The notes under the pieces: model-generated
Told to the model about the DNA's origin: nothing
The model's input: the letters and a program-made list of their open reading frames with translations, nothing else
Databases searched by the model: none
NCBI GenBank assembly: GCA_028713935.1
Contig: JAQTNI010000038.1
Location: 1 to 13,126 of the forward strand
DNA length: 13,126 bases
Direction: 5' to 3'
Origin: Candidatus Iainarchaeum sp.
GTDB lineage: Archaea > Iainarchaeota > Iainarchaeia > Iainarchaeales > GCA-2688035
Part shown: positions 1 through 7,811 of the stretch, one piece after another
Layout: each line of letters begins with the position of its first letter
How positions within the stretch are numbered: position 1 is the stretch's first letter
Translations under genes and position numbers: made by a program

Positions 1-535
1 CAATGTCAATTGTCCTTATTCCTGCCTGGACACAATCAAATTTTTCCCAGGCTCTTCTCATTACATCGGCATGGTTTAATTTGCGGTCAAGATAGGAATC
101 CCGCAGGTCTGCGTGCGCATCAAGCTGCAGCACTGTCAGGTTTTTTCTTGAAAATTTTTTTGCCAGTGCCTCAAAGGCGCCAATGCTCACTGAATGGTCT
201 CCGCCGAGCATCAGGACAAATTTTTTTCTTTCAAGCAATGCCTGAAAAGCCTCTGAAATTGCCCTGATTGCTGAATCGGGCTCTTTGCCAAGTTTCAAAT
301 CAGCCAATGTAAAACAGGAAATTTTTTTGTATGCCTCGCAGCCAAGCTCCAAATCAAAGCCTTCAATGAACCTTGAAGCCTCAATGATTGCGGAAGCGCC
401 ATTTGCAGCCCCTTCTTCATAGGAAGCAGTGTTTTCAAAGGGAACAGGCAAAACAATTGCTTCTGCTTTTTCAAAAGAGTCTTTTTCCAATTCAAAAAAA
501 GAAAAATCCCTCTGCTTAAAATCCATTCCAATCAT
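1..535 (-). CDS. speB: Agmatinase / ureohydrolase (arginase family), N-terminal ~178 aa; the C-terminus lies beyond the left edge
   Basis: Absent from the ORF track because it is edge-truncated. My reverse-strand translation from ATG (535..533) reads MIGMDFKQRDFSFFELEKDSFEKAEAIVLPVPFENTASYEEGAANGASAIIEASRF...KFVLMLGGDHSVSIGAFEAL...LTVLQLDAHADLRDSYLDRKLNHADVMRR. It stays open to position 1. GGDHS and DAHxD are the metal-binding signatures of the arginase/agmatinase family. Confidence 0.8.
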   Translation of the reverse strand, partial: MIGMDFKQRDFSFFELEKDSFEKAEAIVLPVPFENTASYEEGAANGASAIIEASRFIEGFDLELGCEAYKKISCFTLADLKLGKEPDSAIRAISEAFQALLERKKFVLMLGGDHSVSIGAFEALAKKFSRKNLTVLQLDAHADLRDSYLDRKLNHADVMRRAWEKFDCVQAGIRTIDI

Positions 536-660
536 TAAAAATTTGTTTAAAATGGGTTAAAAAATGGATTGGCATTGGTTTCCAAAAGTATAGTTTGTAT
601 TTAATAGTATTTTAACCCCCAATATTTATAACATTTTTAATTTCTGATTGGATTTTTTTT
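536..660. promoter_or_regulatory. Divergent intergenic promoter region between speB-like (-) and the ABC operon (+)
   Basis: 125-bp AT-rich spacer between divergent starts. A TATA-like tatttataa sits at 623..631, 30-38 nt upstream of ATG 661. There is no Shine-Dalgarno before 661, which fits a leaderless or short-leader archaeal mRNA. An ttaaaaaa stretch at 557..564 sits 22-30 nt upstream of the minus-strand ATG. Confidence 0.3.
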
Positions 661-1653
661 ATGAATGCGATTGAAACAAAAGGCCTTGTAAAAAAGTTCG
701 GGGATTTTGCTGCAGTGGCGGGAATAAACCTTGAAATAAAAGAGGGGGAACTGTTCGGCCTGCTTGGGCCTAATGGCGCGGGCAAGACAACTACAATTTC
801 AATGCTTTCCACTATTCTCAAGCCAAGCTCAGGCTCTGCTTCTGTCTGGGGAAAGGATTTGCTGCATGACAAGGATTCAGTGAGAAAATCAATCGGAATT
901 GTTTTTCAGGACCCAAGCCTTGATGATGAGCTTACTGGCAGGGAAAACCTTGATTTTCACGGCAGAATGTATGCAATGGAACCAGGCCTTATACATGAGC
1001 GCATTGCAGAAGTTTTGAAGCTTGTTGAGCTTGAGAGCAAGGCAGATGCGCTGGTTAAAACTTATTCTGGCGGAATGAAGCGCAGGCTTGAAATTGCACG
1101 CGGATTGATGCACAAGCCAAAGATTTTGTTTTTGGACGAGCCGACAATCGGCCTTGACCCGCAGACAAGGAGAAATCTCTGGGAATACATCAGGAATTTC
1201 AATAAAAAAGACGGGATTACAATTATTCTTACAACCCATTACATGGAAGAAGCGGATTTTTTGTGCGACAGGATTGCAATCATTGACCACGGAAAAATAA
1301 TTGCCTTGGACACTCCTGAAAAATTAAAAGAGGTTCTTGGCGGGGATATAATTACTGTTGAATCAACTGATTCAAATGCACTGAAAAAATTGCTTGAAGG
1401 CCAGGTTTTTGTAAAGGAAACAAAATTGTTTGACGAGCATCTTAATGTTTCTGTGGATAACGGGGGAAAAGCACTGCCAAAACTGATTGAGCTTGCACAA
1501 AAAAACAAAATAACTGTTGATTCAGCTGTTTTGAAGAGGCCCTCGTTAGAGGATGTTTTTATCCATTACACTGGCAGGACAATCCGCGAAGAAGAAGCCA
1601 GTGACAAGGACAAGGCGCGCATGCAAGTGAAAGTCGGGGGATTCAGGCGGTAA
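661..1653 (+). CDS. ABC transporter ATP-binding protein (ABC-2 / DrrA-like exporter subfamily)
   Basis: 330-aa ORF. Walker A GPNGAGKTT (766..792), ABC signature YSGGMKRRLEIA, Walker B ILFLDEPTIGLD and H-loop TTHYMEEA are all present. A C-terminal extension follows, as is typical of DrrA-type ATPases. Confidence 0.92.
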   Translation: MNAIETKGLVKKFGDFAAVAGINLEIKEGELFGLLGPNGAGKTTTISMLSTILKPSSGSASVWGKDLLHDKDSVRKSIGIVFQDPSLDDELTGRENLDFHGRMYAMEPGLIHERIAEVLKLVELESKADALVKTYSGGMKRRLEIARGLMHKPKILFLDEPTIGLDPQTRRNLWEYIRNFNKKDGITIILTTHYMEEADFLCDRIAIIDHGKIIALDTPEKLKEVLGGDIITVESTDSNALKKLLEGQVFVKETKLFDEHLNVSVDNGGKALPKLIELAQKNKITVDSAVLKRPSLEDVFIHYTGRTIREEEASDKDKARMQVKVGGFRR

Positions 1654-1655
1654 TT

Positions 1656-2420
1656 ATGGAATTCAATGCGATTTACATAATGTGGCTGCGCGAAATGAAG
1701 CGTTTTTTCAGGGCAAAATCAAGGATAATCGGAAACCTTTCAATGCCCTTTATCTGGCTAGTGATAATGGGAATTGGCCTGAGTTCAAGCTTTTCAATTC
1801 CGGGGGTAAAATTTGATTATCTGGCTTTTATTGCTCCCGGAGTAATCGGGATGACTCTGCTTTTTTCATCTATTTTTTCAGGAATCTCTGTTATCTGGGA
1901 AAAGCAATTCGGCTTTCTAAAGGAAATTCTTGTGGCTCCTGTTTCAAGGACCAGCATCGTACTTGGAAAAATTTTTGGCAGTGCAACAATTTCTTTTATC
2001 AACGGAGTTTTGATAATGATTATTGCGATTCTTATCGGGAGCATCAGCATTGCTTCGCTTTCAGTGTTTTCAATTTTGCTGGCAATTATTTTCATGATTC
2101 TCATATGCCTGGCTTTTGTTTCTGTTGGGATTGCAATTGCTTCAAGGCTGAACAATATGGAAGGATTTCAGATGATAATGAGCTTTTTGGTAATGCCGAC
2201 CTTTTTTCTTTCCGGGGCATTTATTCCGCTGCAAAATGCACCGCTCTGGATGGGCACAATTGCAATGTTTGACCCGCTTCTTTACGGAGTAGACGGCTTA
2301 AGGGGAGTTTTCCTTGGAGTTTCACAATTTCCAATTGCAATTGACCTTGGAGTCCTTGCTGGATTCTGCGTTGCAATGATTCTGCTTTCAAGCTACCTGT
2401 TCAGGAGAATGGGCGAGTGA
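1656..2420 (+). CDS. ABC-2 type transporter permease
   Basis: 254-aa ORF starting 2 nt after the ATPase stop. About six hydrophobic segments follow a basic N-terminus (MWLREMKRFFRAKSR), the usual ABC-2/DrrB-like layout. Confidence 0.85.
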   Translation: MEFNAIYIMWLREMKRFFRAKSRIIGNLSMPFIWLVIMGIGLSSSFSIPGVKFDYLAFIAPGVIGMTLLFSSIFSGISVIWEKQFGFLKEILVAPVSRTSIVLGKIFGSATISFINGVLIMIIAILIGSISIASLSVFSILLAIIFMILICLAFVSVGIAIASRLNNMEGFQMIMSFLVMPTFFLSGAFIPLQNAPLWMGTIAMFDPLLYGVDGLRGVFLGVSQFPIAIDLGVLAGFCVAMILLSSYLFRRMGE

Positions 2421-2457
2421 AAACAGGTCAGAAAATTATTTTTGAGGATGTGAGTAT

Positions 2458-3126
2458 ATGGAACAAATGAATTTGAGTGCCGAAGCATTGGCCGGAGAGG
2501 CAAAAGTGAATTTAAAAAAATGGAACAGGGCTCCAACTGAAAAGGCATTGAATCAGGCAATTGAAGCGCTTGAAAGCCATAATATAAAAGTGATTCTTGT
2601 TGAAAGCAAAAAACAAGCCCTGGAAAAGCTTGTTGAATTGATTCCAACTGGTTCTGAAATAATGAACGGCTCTTCAACAACGCTTATTGAAATCGGTTTT
2701 GTTGATTTTCTGCAAAAGGAAAAGCAGAAATGGAAAAACCTGCATGAACAGATTTTTGCAGAGGCGAATCCCTCAAAACAGGCTGATTTGCGGAGAAAAG
2801 CAATTACTGCTGATTTTTTTGTTTCAGGCGTGAATGCGATTACAAAAAAAGGCGAGCTTGTTGCCTGCGATGCAAGCGGAAGCAGGGTAGGGGCTTTTCA
2901 CTTCGGGGCAAAAAACCTTGTGGTTGTGAGCGGAACAAACAAAATAGTGGAAAACCTTTCGGAAGCAATGAAAAGAATAGAAGAATTTGTTTTTCCCCTT
3001 GAAAATGCGCGCGCAAAAAAAGTTTACGGGGCTGGCAGCAGTATGAATAAATTTGTTGTTCTTGCAAAAGAAGGCGCAAAAGGCAGGGTAACTTTGATTC
3101 TTGTGAAAGAAAGTCTTGGCTATTAA
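2458..3126 (+). CDS. LUD-domain (LutC/YkgG-like, lactate-utilisation family) protein
   Basis: 222-aa ORF with GAGG at 2444..2447, 10 nt before the ATG. The core GVNAITKKGELVACDASGSRVGAFHFGAKNLVVVSGTNKIVENLSEAMKRIE resembles the LUD/DUF162 fold as I recall it. This is a family-level call only. Confidence 0.55.
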   Translation: MEQMNLSAEALAGEAKVNLKKWNRAPTEKALNQAIEALESHNIKVILVESKKQALEKLVELIPTGSEIMNGSSTTLIEIGFVDFLQKEKQKWKNLHEQIFAEANPSKQADLRRKAITADFFVSGVNAITKKGELVACDASGSRVGAFHFGAKNLVVVSGTNKIVENLSEAMKRIEEFVFPLENARAKKVYGAGSSMNKFVVLAKEGAKGRVTLILVKESLGY

Positions 3127-3167
3127 CACAAAAGAAAATTATTCATTCTTTGCACTGCAACAAAAAG

Positions 3168-3386
3168 TTATATGCTTGCAAGTGCGCACCTTGCGCAGAT
3201 TCCTTTCTTTTTTTCTTCTTCCATTTTTAAAGGCTGCTTGCAGTACTTGCATTTTTGCTCGAAAACTTTTCCAACTGCGCCTGCGGTTTCCTTTGCGCTT
3301 TTTGCAGCATCCATTCCTGAGCGCACAGTGCCAGTTGTTTTGTTTACAGTGCCGATTGTCTTGTTCAAATCGTCAAGTATTCCCAT
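3168..3386 (-). CDS. Small (72 aa) hypothetical protein with a C-terminal CxxC...CxxC zinc-ribbon-like motif
   Basis: MGILDDLNKTIGTVNKTTGTVRSG...EQKCKYCKQPLKMEEEKKKGICARCALASI. Its composition is more protein-like than the two overlapping plus-strand ORFs (3116..3388, 3172..3399), which are Phe/Leu/Cys-rich shadows. Confidence 0.45.
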   Translation of the reverse strand: MGILDDLNKTIGTVNKTTGTVRSGMDAAKSAKETAGAVGKVFEQKCKYCKQPLKMEEEKKKGICARCALASI

Positions 3387-3421
3387 AAAAGAACAGTAAG
3401 AAGCAACAAGAATAAAAAGTT

Positions 3422-3757
3422 TTATCTTCCAGCAATTTTCAGGGCTTCGGAATGGGTTTTTCCCATGCTGCGCTCATAAAGGTAAATCCATCTTTTTTCT
3501 TTTGGCAAATTCTGGAAAACCCATTGCCCAATCCTGTCTCCAATTTTATAAGACCAGCCTGCTTCTAACAAGCCTCCGCTTCTTTCACTGCCAATGGCTC
3601 CGCCTTTTTTCTTTGGATTGGTTCTTGCTTTTCTGTCAAATTCTTCAGCAGTTGGAGGCCTTATGTGAGTGTCAGGCTTTAATCCGTTTTCAAGTGCATA
3701 AAGCCTCTGCCCCGATAAGAAAACCAGCAAAGCAGATAAGGCGCAGGTAAATCGCAA
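3422..3757 (-). CDS. Small secreted/membrane-anchored hypothetical protein (111 aa from TTG; start uncertain)
   Basis: Hydrophobic N-terminus (RFTCALSALLVFLSG) followed by a charged, Gly/Lys-rich body. The track start is TTG at 3757. An ATG at 3773 in another frame also encodes a signal-peptide-like 27-mer (see findings). Confidence 0.5.
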   Translation of the reverse strand: MRFTCALSALLVFLSGQRLYALENGLKPDTHIRPPTAEEFDRKARTNPKKKGGAIGSERSGGLLEAGWSYKIGDRIGQWVFQNLPKEKRWIYLYERSMGKTHSEALKIAGR

Positions 3758-3760
3758 TTC

Positions 3761-3770
3761 TTTTAAATAA
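3761..3770 (+). promoter_or_regulatory. TATA-like box for the PfkB kinase operon (leaderless geometry)
   Basis: ttttaaataa lies 26-35 nt upstream of ATG 3796, and no SD lies between them. Confidence 0.3.
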
Positions 3771-3795
3771 CATTTTCCTTTCTATTCTGGTTTTA

Positions 3796-4701
3796 ATGAA
3801 GCTATTTGTAGTTGGGGATATCTGTCTTGATGTTTTGTGCAGCATCAGGGAACGCGCTGCCCTTGGAGAGGAAAAGCACATTGACAACCTGACATTTTCT
3901 TTGGGAGGGAATGCAGCAAATTTTGCTTTTGCAGCAGCAAAGCTCGGCCTGAAGCCGGAATTGTTCAGTGCTATTGGAAAAGATTTTGCAAGCGGTTTTT
4001 TGAAGCAGCAGGCAAAATCCGCAGGAATAAAAACGCATTTTATTGAATCAGGCTTGCAGAATTCTTATTCAATTCTTCTTGTTGAAAAAAACGGCCAGCG
4101 TTTTGCCTATTCTTCCAAAGGCGCCTTGGAAAAAGTGACTGCAAAAGAACTTGAAAAAAATCTTTTGCCAAAGCTGAAATCAGGAGACCTTGTTTTTTTT
4201 GGGGGTTATTTTCATATCCTTTCCCTGCACCCCGGCTTTCCGCAATTGCTGAAAAAAATCCGCAAAAAAAATTGTTTGATTGGCTTTGACCTGTGCTTTG
4301 ACGAATTCGGGAAATGGAAAATTTTTCACTTTCTGCATTTGATTGATTTTTTGTTTTTGAATGAATTGGAATTGACGCATCTGGCAAAAAAGAAAAGCGA
4401 GAAAGCCGCAATTGCCTTTTTGCTTGGCAAAGGCGCTTCAAATATTATCCTGAAAAAAGGCCCGAAGGGAAGCGCTTTTTTTTCAAAAGAATTTTTTTGC
4501 AGGGAAAAAGCCTTGCCTGTAAAAGCAATTGACACTACTGGCGCAGGTGACATTTTCAATGCGGCCTTTTTGAAAGCCTTTTTTTCGGGGGCTGATGCAA
4601 AGAAATGCCTTGAATTTTCAAATTTTGTTGCCGCCAAAAAAGTTGAAAAGCACGGCTTGTTTGTGCCTCCGCAAAGCATTTTAAAAAGAAAATTGCAATA
4701 A
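3796..4701 (+). CDS. PfkB-family carbohydrate kinase (ribokinase-like)
   Basis: 301 aa. It has the N-terminal GG motif (SLGGNAANFAFAAAKLG) and PfkB signature 2 (AIDTTGAGDIFNAAF). The substrate cannot be assigned from sequence by eye. Confidence 0.85.
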   Translation: MKLFVVGDICLDVLCSIRERAALGEEKHIDNLTFSLGGNAANFAFAAAKLGLKPELFSAIGKDFASGFLKQQAKSAGIKTHFIESGLQNSYSILLVEKNGQRFAYSSKGALEKVTAKELEKNLLPKLKSGDLVFFGGYFHILSLHPGFPQLLKKIRKKNCLIGFDLCFDEFGKWKIFHFLHLIDFLFLNELELTHLAKKKSEKAAIAFLLGKGASNIILKKGPKGSAFFSKEFFCREKALPVKAIDTTGAGDIFNAAFLKAFFSGADAKKCLEFSNFVAAKKVEKHGLFVPPQSILKRKLQ

Positions 4702-4720
4702 TAATGCAACTGGTGATAAT

Positions 4721-5860
4721 TTGGAACTTATTGAAAAAGCAAGGCTTGAAGCAGTAAAAACAGTCAAGCGCTGCATTAACCCCCATGGCTTGTTTGCTTC
4801 AGGCACTTCAAAAGGCTACACTTCTGTCTGGGCAAGGGACAGCATGATTACTTTGATTGGTGCGTGCAATGAAAAAGACACTGCAATAAAAAAAGTTTTT
4901 GCAACCACGCTTGAAACTCTTGCAAAACACCAGAGCAAAGACGGCCAGATTCCGAATTGCGTTGATTTGTTTGACAAAAAAAGAAAGCCACAGGTGACTT
5001 TTGCAACTCTTGATTCCAGCAACTGGTTTTTGCTTGGAGAAATTGCTTTTTCAAAAGCCTACAATGACAAAAGCCTGTTGAAAAAACACAGGCAGCAGAT
5101 TTCAAGGGCTTTCAAGTGGCTTGAATACCAGGATTCAGGGGAAGACGGCTTGCCTGAACAACAGCCGACTTCTGACTGGCAGGATGCGTTTCCGCACAAT
5201 TATGGCCATGTCCTGAATACTCAGGCGCTTTATTTTGCGGCATTAAAAAATTTTGAAAAAAACAAAAAAGCAAAAATAGTGAAAAACCTTGTGAACAATG
5301 GCATAAGAATCCCGAATTTTTTTGACCATCACACTGGCTTTTTTGCGCCTTATGTCTGGAAAGACCATGCAGGCATAATTGAAAAGGGAAACTGGTTTGA
5401 TTCTCTTGCAAACTGCCTTGCAATTGCCTTCGGGTTGGCAGAAACACAGCATTCTGAAAGGGTGCTTGAACACATTGAAAAATTAAAAATCAACAGGCCT
5501 TTTCCCATAAAAACAATTTTTCCGCCGATTGCAAAAAAATCAGAATTCTGGCACAAATATTTTTCAAAATGCGACGCAAGAAAAGCCTTCATGTATCTCA
5601 ATGGCGGGATATGGCCAATGATTGGCGGCTTTTATGTTGCGGCGCTTGTAAAGCAAAAAAAATTTGAAAAAGCGGGAAAAGAGCTTGAAATGCTTGCGCT
5701 TGCAGACAAGCAGGGAAAAGAAAAAGAATGGGAATTCAACGAATGGCTTGACGGAAAAACAGGCAAGCCAAAAGGCGGAATTTACCAGGCATGGAGCGCA
5801 GGCTCTTATCTCTTCGCCTACCACTGCGTGAAAAAAAAGAAAATACTTTTTTTTGAATAA
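4721..5860 (+). CDS. (alpha/alpha)6-barrel glycoside hydrolase, amylo-alpha-1,6-glucosidase (GDE_C) / neutral-invertase-like
   Basis: 379 aa from TTG 4721, preceded by GGTGA at 4712..4716. Motifs are SVWARDSMITLIG, PTSDWQDAF (compare TWMD in GDE_C), YLNGGIWPMIGGFYVAAL and QAWSAGSYL, which are typical of six-hairpin glycosidases of the GDE/GH100 type. Confidence 0.65.
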   Translation: MELIEKARLEAVKTVKRCINPHGLFASGTSKGYTSVWARDSMITLIGACNEKDTAIKKVFATTLETLAKHQSKDGQIPNCVDLFDKKRKPQVTFATLDSSNWFLLGEIAFSKAYNDKSLLKKHRQQISRAFKWLEYQDSGEDGLPEQQPTSDWQDAFPHNYGHVLNTQALYFAALKNFEKNKKAKIVKNLVNNGIRIPNFFDHHTGFFAPYVWKDHAGIIEKGNWFDSLANCLAIAFGLAETQHSERVLEHIEKLKINRPFPIKTIFPPIAKKSEFWHKYFSKCDARKAFMYLNGGIWPMIGGFYVAALVKQKKFEKAGKELEMLALADKQGKEKEWEFNEWLDGKTGKPKGGIYQAWSAGSYLFAYHCVKKKKILFFE

Positions 5861-5918
5861 AACAAAAGTGCATTGCAATTTGATGGAAAAAAATTGAAGT
5901 TGCAAACCAGACTTTGTT

Positions 5919-7064
5919 TTATTCCAATCCGAGTTTTTTTTGTATCAGTTCATGCATATTTTTTGCGACTGTCTTGTATGCAAATTTTTCTATTGCCCAT
6001 TTTCTTCCGTTTGACCCTGTTTTTTCGCACAAGTTTTCATCATTAAAAAGCTTTAGCAAAAATTCCGCAATTTCCTCGTGATTTGCCCTGTAAGCAAAAG
6101 TTTTCGGCTCTGGAAAGGCAACTTTCATTTTTTTTGGAAAACCCATCCAGGAATAAGCCCATTCTTCAGACAGCTTCACTTCAGAAGCAACGCTTGCCAG
6201 AAACCCGGTTTTGTTGTGGACAATCGTGTCCTTGAAAGCCATTGCGTTCATTGCAATTACTGGCTTTCCGCAGGCCTGTGCCTCAACCTGAATCATTCCA
6301 AATCCTTCAAGCCTGCTTGGTGCAGCATAAACATCACAGCAATTAATCAGGTAGGGCATGAAATCGTTTGAACAGCCATGGTCCAAAAAAATTATTTTTT
6401 CTGGGGGCAGGCCAAGCTCTTCAATCAGGCCAAGCTCGAATCTCCTGTGGTCGGAAGCGCTTGGGCTTGGCCAGGTTTTTCCGACATATTTCCAGTTTTT
6501 GAATTCCTTGTCAACAATTGCAAGCGCCCTTAAAACTTCCTGAAAACCCTTGCTTGTAGTGTCTCCGCCTGCAGTCAAAATCATTTTTTCTTCAGGATTC
6601 ACTCCAATCATTTCACGCAGGCCTGAAACAAGCGGATTTGTTTTTGGAATAGGCTTGAACAATTCAGTGTCAATTCCAATCGGCACAACTTCAATGTTTT
6701 TTCCGCTAAGGCCGTCCCGCATATAAGTTTCTTTTACCCAATTGCTTGTTGCAAGTACCAATGGCAGGCTTTCCAGTTCCTTGTGGTAATTCGCAACCCA
6801 GCCGTCAGCCACAAACCAGGGAATCGGGGTAACCCCAAATTTTTTTGGGTGATTGACTAACTGCGGAACGCTTCCCCAGAAACCAGCCCCAATTGCAACA
6901 TCAGGCTTGAATGCCTTGTAAGCCCATTCTTTCTGGAATTCAGACCTGCTATTGCAGGGCATTGCTTCAAAGCCATTTTCAAGCAGCCCCAAGTACAAGT
7001 AATGCCCCTGAAGGCTTAATCCGTCTGGCTGCGGAGGATACTCGTAAAGAACAAGGCTTTTCAT
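5919..7064 (-). CDS. Family 4 glycosyltransferase (GT-B, Glycos_transf_1)
   Basis: 381 aa. The C-terminal domain carries the GT4 hallmark APSRLEGFGMIQVEAQACGKPVIA (E-x7-E region). Confidence 0.85.
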   Translation of the reverse strand: MKSLVLYEYPPQPDGLSLQGHYLYLGLLENGFEAMPCNSRSEFQKEWAYKAFKPDVAIGAGFWGSVPQLVNHPKKFGVTPIPWFVADGWVANYHKELESLPLVLATSNWVKETYMRDGLSGKNIEVVPIGIDTELFKPIPKTNPLVSGLREMIGVNPEEKMILTAGGDTTSKGFQEVLRALAIVDKEFKNWKYVGKTWPSPSASDHRRFELGLIEELGLPPEKIIFLDHGCSNDFMPYLINCCDVYAAPSRLEGFGMIQVEAQACGKPVIAMNAMAFKDTIVHNKTGFLASVASEVKLSEEWAYSWMGFPKKMKVAFPEPKTFAYRANHEEIAEFLLKLFNDENLCEKTGSNGRKWAIEKFAYKTVAKNMHELIQKKLGLE

Positions 7065-7133
7065 CTTTAACCACGCACCTGATTGTTTATCAAAAATAAA
7101 GGCTTTCTTTCTTTTGGCAACTTACATTTCCTT

Positions 7134-7204
7134 ACAAAAGCTTCGCTTTTGTGAGGCATCACAAAACCATTGGTTTTGTAATGTCTTTCTTTGTAAAAGA
7201 AAGA
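7134..7204. repeat. Three consecutive perfect palindromes in the PIG-L/GT4 intergenic spacer
   Basis: H1 7134..7152 is acaaaagc-ttc-gcttttgt (8 bp arms). H2 7161..7179 is acaaaacca-t-tggttttgt (9 bp arms). H3 7184..7204 is tctttcttt-gta-aaagaaaga (9 bp arms). The H1 and H2 half-sites are 7/8 identical. Confidence 0.7.
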
Positions 7205-7224
7205 AAAGGCAGTAACAAGGCTTT

Positions 7225-7800
7225 TCATTTGAAAACCACTTCCCTAAAAGCCTCTGTTGCAGTGCAGTACTGGACATCGGGAGAATCAAAAGCATAGCCA
7301 TAAATTTCCGCAACAATTTTTTTTTTGGAATCCAATTCTTTTTTTGAAAGAACAATTTTTTTTGTTTCCTTTCCATCGGGAACAAGCTCAAATTGCTTTC
7401 CCTTTTTATAGGAAAAAACAAACAATTTTTTGGAATTCAATTTTTTTTCTTTTGCAAGCGCAAGCACAGCCCTGTGCGCATCCTTATGCCTTATATGGCC
7501 ATACTCGCCGTTTTCCCCGTGAGTAAAAATAAAATCAAAATCGCGCTTTTCAAAAGGCAAAAGCAATTTTTGGACAATTTCATTTTTGATTTCATCCAGA
7601 AGAGTGTCTTCCAAATCAAAAATCACGCTTTCCGCATTGTAAAGCCCGCAAACTTTTTCAAATTTCGGCTTCCTGTCAGAATCAGATGACCTGCAAAGCG
7701 AGGCAATTGTCCAGTTCCAGTTTTTTTTCCTCTGCAAAAGCCCGCCTGCCCAGATTGTTTCATCGTCTGGATGCGCTACAACCATCAAAGCCCTTACCAT
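7225..7800 (-). CDS. PIG-L / LmbE-family N-acetylglucosaminyl de-N-acetylase
   Basis: 191 aa. The N-terminal VVAHPDDETIWAGG (AHPDDE at 7759..7776) and a downstream HxxH-type motif (GEYGHIRHKDAH) are characteristic of the zinc-dependent PIG-L/LmbE family. Confidence 0.85.
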   Translation of the reverse strand: MVRALMVVAHPDDETIWAGGLLQRKKNWNWTIASLCRSSDSDRKPKFEKVCGLYNAESVIFDLEDTLLDEIKNEIVQKLLLPFEKRDFDFIFTHGENGEYGHIRHKDAHRAVLALAKEKKLNSKKLFVFSYKKGKQFELVPDGKETKKIVLSKKELDSKKKIVAEIYGYAFDSPDVQYCTATEAFREVVFK

Positions 7801-7811
7801 TCAATCAACCC

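Noticed and set aside
10-531. Track ORFs 10..267 (+) and 295..531 (-)
   Set aside because: Both are shadow frames of the real edge-truncated agmatinase gene (reverse strand, frame starting at 535). Their products are Leu/Phe/Lys-rich and lack motifs, whereas the third reverse frame gives clean GGDHS/DAHAD signatures.
612-2155. Antisense ORFs 612..872, 889..1290, 1239..1508 and 1817..2155 (-)
   Set aside because: They are embedded opposite the strongly supported ABC ATPase and permease genes. Their composition is typical of antisense read-through and they contain no recognisable motifs.
3116-3399. Plus-strand ORFs 3116..3388 and 3172..3399
   Set aside because: Their products are extremely Phe/Leu/Cys/Ser-rich (the complement of a Lys/Glu/Ala-rich gene). 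The minus-strand zinc-ribbon ORF is the more plausible coding frame.
5859-5920. Imperfect inverted repeat aaaacaaaagt ... actttgtttt between the convergent GH and GT4 genes (possible bidirectional terminator)
   Set aside because: The arms differ by an indel, are A/T-rich and lie about 40 nt apart. A weak 6-bp inner stem (caattt/aaattg) is also unconvincing. This is not enough to call a structured terminator.
7122-7421. ORF 7122..7421 (-), spanning the spacer and the PIG-L 3' end
   Set aside because: It overlaps the well-supported PIG-L gene out of frame and runs through the palindrome cluster. The product is low-complexity (KKK/FFF).
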